Source: Sneathiella sp.
Lineage (GTDB): Bacteria > Pseudomonadota > Alphaproteobacteria > Sneathiellales > Sneathiellaceae
Direction: 5' to 3'
NCBI RefSeq assembly: GCF_029233945.1
Contig: NZ_JARGOQ010000011.1
Span: 100-64,099 of the forward strand
DNA: 64,000 bases
Shown: piece by piece, positions 59,241 through 64,000 of the stretch
Numbering within the stretch: the first letter of the stretch is position 1
Layout of the letters: each line of letters begins with the position of its first letter
Program-made: the position numbers and the translations under genes
The notes under the pieces: model-generated
What the model was told of the DNA's origin: nothing
The model's input: the letters and a program-made list of their open reading frames with translations, nothing else
The model's database searches: none

Positions 59241-60006
59241 GCGATTAAATTATGTCTGGCGATTGATCGGGACGGGGCTTGCCTTCACCTTCTTTGGCCT
59301 CGGCGGCATTTTCATGACGGTTTTTATTTTCACGCCCATTGCGTTTTTCACCAAGGATGAAGCGTTGCGTATTCGCCGTGTACGCAAAACCATCTATTAC
59401 GCCTTTCGGCTTTTCGTTTATATGCTGCGGGTCGGTGGTATTATTGATTCCCGTTTCCACGATACCGAAAGGCTGAAGGATGTGCGCGGGGCTCTTATTG
59501 TTGCCAATCATCCATCCTTACTGGATACGGTTTTTCTGATGTCGCGGATGCCTGAGGTGCAATGTATCGTCAAGCATGAGCTCTGGAACAATACCTATCT
59601 TGGCGGTGTAATGCGCGCGGCGGGCTACATCCGCAATGATGGGGATGCGGAAATGATGCTGGCGCAGTGCGAGAAGGCCTTGAAGAACGGGCAGAATATT
59701 CTGGTTTTCCCGGAAGGGACGCGGTCGGTGCCGGGGCAGGCGCTTAAATTTCAGCGCGGGGTTGCCAATATCGCGACGCATTTCAGCGCCCCGATCCAAC
59801 TGGTGACTATCATATGTAAACCGTCAACACTGGCGAAAGGCAGCCCCTGGTATGCTATCCCGCCGCGTCAGGCCCGTTTTGATATTACCTTTGACGAACA
59901 ACTGGACATGACAGATTATCTAAGGCATGAACCGAGGTCATTGAAGGTACGCAAGCTCACGCGGGAGCTGGAGCAATATTATATTGGAAAACTTTGCAAT
60001 GAATGA
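59233..60006 (+). CDS. lysophospholipid acyltransferase (ApeD-like)
   Basis: ANHPSLLD (HxxxxD), FPEGTRS; ATG 59233. Confidence 0.9.
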   Translation: MLERLNYVWRLIGTGLAFTFFGLGGIFMTVFIFTPIAFFTKDEALRIRRVRKTIYYAFRLFVYMLRVGGIIDSRFHDTERLKDVRGALIVANHPSLLDTVFLMSRMPEVQCIVKHELWNNTYLGGVMRAAGYIRNDGDAEMMLAQCEKALKNGQNILVFPEGTRSVPGQALKFQRGVANIATHFSAPIQLVTIICKPSTLAKGSPWYAIPPRQARFDITFDEQLDMTDYLRHEPRSLKVRKLTRELEQYYIGKLCNE

Positions 60007-60268
60007 TTTTGAATTGGAAATTAAGAAACTGGTGATCAAGACTCTGAACCTTGAGGATATTACGCCGGAGGAGATTGACAGCGAGGAGCGGCTGTTCGTC
60101 GATGGGCTGGGGCTCGATTCAATCGATGCACTGGAACTCGGTGTTGCCATCCAGAAAACCTACGGCATTAAAATTAATAGCAAAAATGATGATTTGAAGG
60201 AGCATTTCGCTTCTGTGCGCAGCCTCGCCCGCTTCATTACATCCGAAAGGAAGGAATTGGGGGCATGA
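59999..60268 (+). CDS. acyl carrier protein (ApeE-like)
   Basis: GLGLDSIDALE phosphopantetheine Ser motif. Confidence 0.92.
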   Translation: MNDFELEIKKLVIKTLNLEDITPEEIDSEERLFVDGLGLDSIDALELGVAIQKTYGIKINSKNDDLKEHFASVRSLARFITSERKELGA

Positions 60269-60510
60269 CCCGCGACGAGATTTACGAAAAACTTCGCGAG
60301 TATCTTGAAGATATGTTCGAGGTACCGCCAGAACTGATTTCAGAGGATGCCCAGCTTTATGAGGATCTGGATCTGGATAGCATCGATGCAGTGGATCTGG
60401 TCGTCAAGCTACAGGATTTGACGGGAAAGAAAATCCCGCCGGACGAATTTCGAACGGTGCGATCCGTGGGTGATGTGGTGGACCGGGTCCATGCCCTTTT
60501 GGCGGCGTAA
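60265..60510 (+). CDS. acyl carrier protein (ApeF-like)
   Basis: DLDLDSIDAVD motif, acidic, 81 aa. Confidence 0.92.
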   Translation: MTRDEIYEKLREYLEDMFEVPPELISEDAQLYEDLDLDSIDAVDLVVKLQDLTGKKIPPDEFRTVRSVGDVVDRVHALLAA

Positions 60511-61069
60511 AGCGAGACCGCTGGACCTTCTGCTCGTCCTGATCAGTCTCGCATACCCGTTTGTCGTTTATTTTGGCCTGATGCATTTTTCTCCCCTGAC
60601 AGTCGGATTGGCGCTTGTGACCTTCCTGCTCCTGCGTCTTCTGTTACAGCGTCAGCGGCGGGCCCAGCGATCGGAATTTGGTATTTACGTGGCGGTCATT
60701 GTGGCGATTGTCCTGCTGCTGACAGTAAACGAGTTGTTGGCGATCAAGGCTTATCCGGTTTTGATCAGCCTTTCCTTCGCCGTTGTCTTTGGCTATTCTT
60801 TGGTCAATCCCCCGCCGATTATCGAACGCTTTGCCCGGATGATGGAGGGAGACCTTGATGCCCGTGCAATACGCTATACCCGCAATGTTACCGTGGCGTG
60901 GGTTGTTTTTTTTCTCCTCAATGCCGCCATTTCCCTCTGGACCGCACTTTATGCTGACCTTGAAACCTGGGCCGTCTATAACGGTTTCATATCCTATATC
61001 CTGATTGGCCTGATGTTTGGCGGCGAATATATTCTTCGCCAGTTTGTGAAACGTAAAAAAGTGAGTTGA
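60491..61069 (+). CDS. conserved inner-membrane protein (COG4648/ApeG-like)
   Basis: multi-TM; YPFVVY, YPV.IS, P.IERFAR, YTRNVT..W, W..YNG.ISY; start uncertain (60470/60491). Confidence 0.8.
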   Translation: MPFWRRKARPLDLLLVLISLAYPFVVYFGLMHFSPLTVGLALVTFLLLRLLLQRQRRAQRSEFGIYVAVIVAIVLLLTVNELLAIKAYPVLISLSFAVVFGYSLVNPPPIIERFARMMEGDLDARAIRYTRNVTVAWVVFFLLNAAISLWTALYADLETWAVYNGFISYILIGLMFGGEYILRQFVKRKKVS

Positions 61070-61072
61070 GCG

Positions 61073-62437
61073 TTGTTTATCCCGTTATCACAGCTACTGA
61101 CCTCTGACCGGGAGGGTGCGACACCGGTGGCCCGTGTTTCCGGTAGGATCAAGACGTTCGGCGATTTCCATGCCGAGGCAGAGGATATTTGTGCCCGGAT
61201 AAAGGAGCAGAAAATAGAAGAGGTAGTACTCGCAACGACGAGCAGCTATGCCTTCGCAACCGGCTTTCTGGCGGCGCTTCAGGCCGATTGCCGCATCACC
61301 GTGCCGCCAAATGCCCTGCCGGGAATGCTGGCGCATTTTGTGGGCGGGACTTGCCCTCTTCTTTCCGATATTAATGGGGCGGGAGGGGTGCATCAGATTT
61401 TGATCGATGGCTCCCAAGGGGCGACTTTCACGTTCAAGGAGCTTGATCCCGATCGCTCTTTCCTGGATTTCTATACCTCGGGTTCCACGGGCATGCCAAA
61501 ACGGGTGCCCAAGACGCTTGCGCAAATCGATAATGAACTCATTGTCCTCAATCAGAGATGGGGCGAAGAACTGGCAGGAGCCGTGACACTCGGGACTGTC
61601 AGTCACCAGCATATCTTCGGTCAGTATTTCAAGCTCTTCCTTCCGCTGTGTGAGGGCCGACTGTTCTTCCCGCAGACCTTCGAGATATGGGAGGAATTAC
61701 TGGCTGCCGCCCCGCCCGGGTCCTGTTTCGTTTCCAGCCCGGCGCATTTGACGCGCATTCCGCCCTTTGATCCTCTGCCGGAAGAGACGCGGGCACCGGT
61801 GATCTTCACTGCTGGTGGCCCGCTCCCGTTTGACGCAGCGCAGGATGCCCGCATGAAGTTTGGCCCGCTACCGACGGAGGTTTTCGGCAGCACCGAAACA
61901 GGCGGTATTGCCCATCGTCAGCAGGAGAACCCGCGCACGCCCTTCACGCCGCTTCCCGGTATGCAGACCCGGATTGATGCGCAAGGGCTGCTCAGTGTGA
62001 AATCCAACTACACCGACGGTGAAGACTGGGATACCACCAATGATATTGTCGAACGGTTCGATGACGGAAGTTTTATCTTGGCGGGGCGTGCCAATCAGTT
62101 TGTCAAAATCGAAGGAAAGCGCATTTCCCTTGTCGAGATTGAAAAATATCTCAACCAGTCGGAAATTGTCGCCGGGTCGGCGGTATTTATCCTGAAAGAA
62201 GAGATAGAGACCCTTGTCGCGGTCGTTGAGCTAAGTCCTTCCGGCTGGCATCAACTTCTGGAAACCGGTGCCTTTCGTCTGGGCCGCACGCTGAGAAGGG
62301 AACTCTCCCCCTATCTTGAAAATGCGGCTCTGCCGCGGCGCTGGCGGTTTGTCAAGCAGCTGCCGGTCAATACGCAGGGAAAACGGCAGCAATCTGAATT
62401 GAATGAACTATTTGCCGGTCCCGGTGGGCCGGACTAA
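61073..62437 (+). CDS. AMP-dependent acyl-ACP/CoA ligase (ApeH-like)
   Basis: YTSGSTGMPK, TVSHQHIFG, FGSTETGGIA, LAGRA..VKIEGKRISL, LPVNTQGK. Confidence 0.88.
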   Translation: MFIPLSQLLTSDREGATPVARVSGRIKTFGDFHAEAEDICARIKEQKIEEVVLATTSSYAFATGFLAALQADCRITVPPNALPGMLAHFVGGTCPLLSDINGAGGVHQILIDGSQGATFTFKELDPDRSFLDFYTSGSTGMPKRVPKTLAQIDNELIVLNQRWGEELAGAVTLGTVSHQHIFGQYFKLFLPLCEGRLFFPQTFEIWEELLAAAPPGSCFVSSPAHLTRIPPFDPLPEETRAPVIFTAGGPLPFDAAQDARMKFGPLPTEVFGSTETGGIAHRQQENPRTPFTPLPGMQTRIDAQGLLSVKSNYTDGEDWDTTNDIVERFDDGSFILAGRANQFVKIEGKRISLVEIEKYLNQSEIVAGSAVFILKEEIETLVAVVELSPSGWHQLLETGAFRLGRTLRRELSPYLENAALPRRWRFVKQLPVNTQGKRQQSELNELFAGPGGPD

Positions 62438-62440
62438 ACT

Positions 62441-62830
62441 GTGCCGGACATGACAGAAAACGCCGATATAAAATGGTCCGATACATCGCATTCGCCGGAA
62501 ATACGCGCAGAGCGGCGCGAGGGGGATGTGATCGAGTTTGATCTCTTCGTGGACGCCAAGCTGTTCCAGTTTCAGGGGCATTTTCCGAATGAACCGGTGC
62601 TGCCCGGCGTTGCCCAGATTGATTGGGCCGTGCGGCTCGGCCGCGAACATTTCGACCTTTCCGGGACCATAACACGCTTGGGTCAGCTAAAATTCTCAAA
62701 GCTTATCGTCGCAGACAGCCAAATTCTGCTCCGTCTGGAATGGAATGAGGAGAAGCAGCGCCTGCTGTTCTCCTACAAGGAGGGGGAGGAAACCTGCTCC
62801 TCAGGCTTTTTCGAACTGACGGCGCAATGA
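62441..62830 (+). CDS. 3-hydroxyacyl-ACP dehydratase (ApeI-like hot-dog fold)
   Basis: FQGHFPNEPVLPGVAQIDW, LKF; start 62441 GTG or 62450 ATG. Confidence 0.88.
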   Translation: MPDMTENADIKWSDTSHSPEIRAERREGDVIEFDLFVDAKLFQFQGHFPNEPVLPGVAQIDWAVRLGREHFDLSGTITRLGQLKFSKLIVADSQILLRLEWNEEKQRLLFSYKEGEETCSSGFFELTAQ

Positions 62831-64000
62831 GTTTTTCCCTTGCGGCCATCGTGCCGAGTTATAATCACTATCGCCATATCGAAAAGGTGATCGATGCGCT
62901 GAAGGGGCAGGGGCTTCGCGTTTTTATCATTGATGACGGCAGTCAGGAACCGGCGAAATCCACGCTTGAGAAATTGCATGATCCTGAACAGGGAGTAACC
63001 CTTCACCGGCAGCCGCAAAATGCGGGTAAAGGGGCGGCGGTCATGGCTGGATTTCGCCTCGCGGTGGCGGAAGGCTTTTCCCATGCCCTGCAGATCGACG
63101 CGGATGGGCAGCATGAAGTCGCGGCTCTCCCTGCGCTCATTGAGCTCGCGACCTTGCATCCTGATGCGCTTATCAGCGGTCAGCCGATTTACGACGCGTC
63201 AATCCCGACATCGCGGAAATTTGCGCGCTGGATCACCCATGTCTGGGTCTGGATCGAGACACTTTCGATGCGCATTACCGACAGCATGTGCGGATACCGG
63301 ATATATCCGCTTAAAGCGGCGATTGAGGTGATCGATCAGGAGCGGGTGGGGCATTATATGGATTTCGACACCGAGATTATGGTGCGGATGCATTGGCGCG
63401 GCGCCCTGGTTAAAATGTTGCCGATCCATGTCACCTATCCAGAGGACAATATCTCCAATTTCCGGCTTGGGGTGGACAATTGGCTGATCACAAAGATGCA
63501 TACGCGGCTCGTGTTCGGGATGATCGCGCGGGTGCTGCAGATATTGCGCGACCGGCGAGGCGAGGCACAAGAGCCGCGCCATTGGGGCCGAATTGGGGAG
63601 CGAGGGGCCGCGCTTGGCCTTAAATTTCTTTTCTCCCTCTATCGGATCGCCGGGCGACGGCTTTGCTGGTATGCGATGCAGCCGGTGCTTCTCTATTTTT
63701 TTGTAACCGGCCGGGAACAACGCAGTGCCTCCCGCACCTATTGGAGGCGTCTTTATGCGACGAAGGGAGAGACGCAGGAGCCGAACTTGCGTCAAATCTG
63801 GCGGCATTATCGCTCCTTTGGATCGATGGCGCTTGATAAGCTGGCGGCCTGGATCGGGGATATCCGCATCTCTGATATCGTTGAGGGTGATCTGGTAGAA
63901 CTGGATAGGCTGGCGAAGCGAAAGCCCGGAATTGTGATCATAACATCCCATCTTGGCAATGTGGACATACTGCGTGCCGTTGGTGCATCGCGCGGGGTAG
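62827..64000 (+). CDS. GT2 glycosyltransferase fused to lipid A-type acyltransferase (ApeJ-like), partial at window edge
   Basis: open from ATG 62827 to the end by manual translation: IVPSYNH, IDDGS, GKGAAV, QIDADGQH, then HW....ERG and SHLGN; absent from the ORF track because it has no stop in the window. Confidence 0.9.
   Translation, partial: MSFSLAAIVPSYNHYRHIEKVIDALKGQGLRVFIIDDGSQEPAKSTLEKLHDPEQGVTLHRQPQNAGKGAAVMAGFRLAVAEGFSHALQIDADGQHEVAALPALIELATLHPDALISGQPIYDASIPTSRKFARWITHVWVWIETLSMRITDSMCGYRIYPLKAAIEVIDQERVGHYMDFDTEIMVRMHWRGALVKMLPIHVTYPEDNISNFRLGVDNWLITKMHTRLVFGMIARVLQILRDRRGEAQEPRHWGRIGERGAALGLKFLFSLYRIAGRRLCWYAMQPVLLYFFVTGREQRSASRTYWRRLYATKGETQEPNLRQIWRHYRSFGSMALDKLAAWIGDIRISDIVEGDLVELDRLAKRKPGIVIITSHLGNVDILRAVGASRGV

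Noticed and set aside
1-64000. tRNA, rRNA, CRISPR array, integrase, transposase, prophage or defence genes
   Set aside because: None recognisable by eye on either strand; Infernal/tRNAscan were not run, so small ncRNAs cannot be excluded.

Overview
Chromosomal-looking, moderately GC-rich region of an alphaproteobacterium. A marine Sneathiella/Rhodospirillales-like organism is my guess from gene content only. No rRNA, tRNA, CRISPR, integrase or transposase is recognisable. Main blocks: (1) small beta-oxidation group with a TetR that appears leaderless and has twin operators (0.9-4.4 kb); (2) complete heme-uptake operon hemP-receptor-tonB-hmuS-exbBD-hmuTUV behind Fur-like boxes (4.6-12.6 kb); (3) Lys1-type saccharopine dehydrogenase plus ALDH7, and lpxR (15.7-19.5 kb); (4) a large CoA-dependent catabolic region whose core is a divergent IclR / CoA-transferase / acyl-CoA dehydrogenase / TAXI-TRAP / cytoplasmic sulfatase locus of unknown substrate (19.7-36 kb); (5) an enoyl-CoA hydratase remnant next to a fused double-TetR regulator (37-38.6 kb); (6) SDR-TauD, a paired acyl-CoA dehydrogenase with an amidohydrolase, and MarR-EmrAB (39-48 kb); (7) a probable oxalyl-CoA synthetase/reductase pair (48.5-51 kb); (8) rpoE-chrR with two back-to-back sigmaE promoters and a lone UfaD-like flavoprotein (52.8-55.6 kb); (9) an MCP and the start of an aryl polyene (ape)-type cluster running off the right edge (58-64 kb). 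Best candidates for undescribed biology: the sulfatase/TAXI-TRAP locus and the double-TetR with its adjacent pseudogene. All family calls come from motif recognition by eye; no database search was run.
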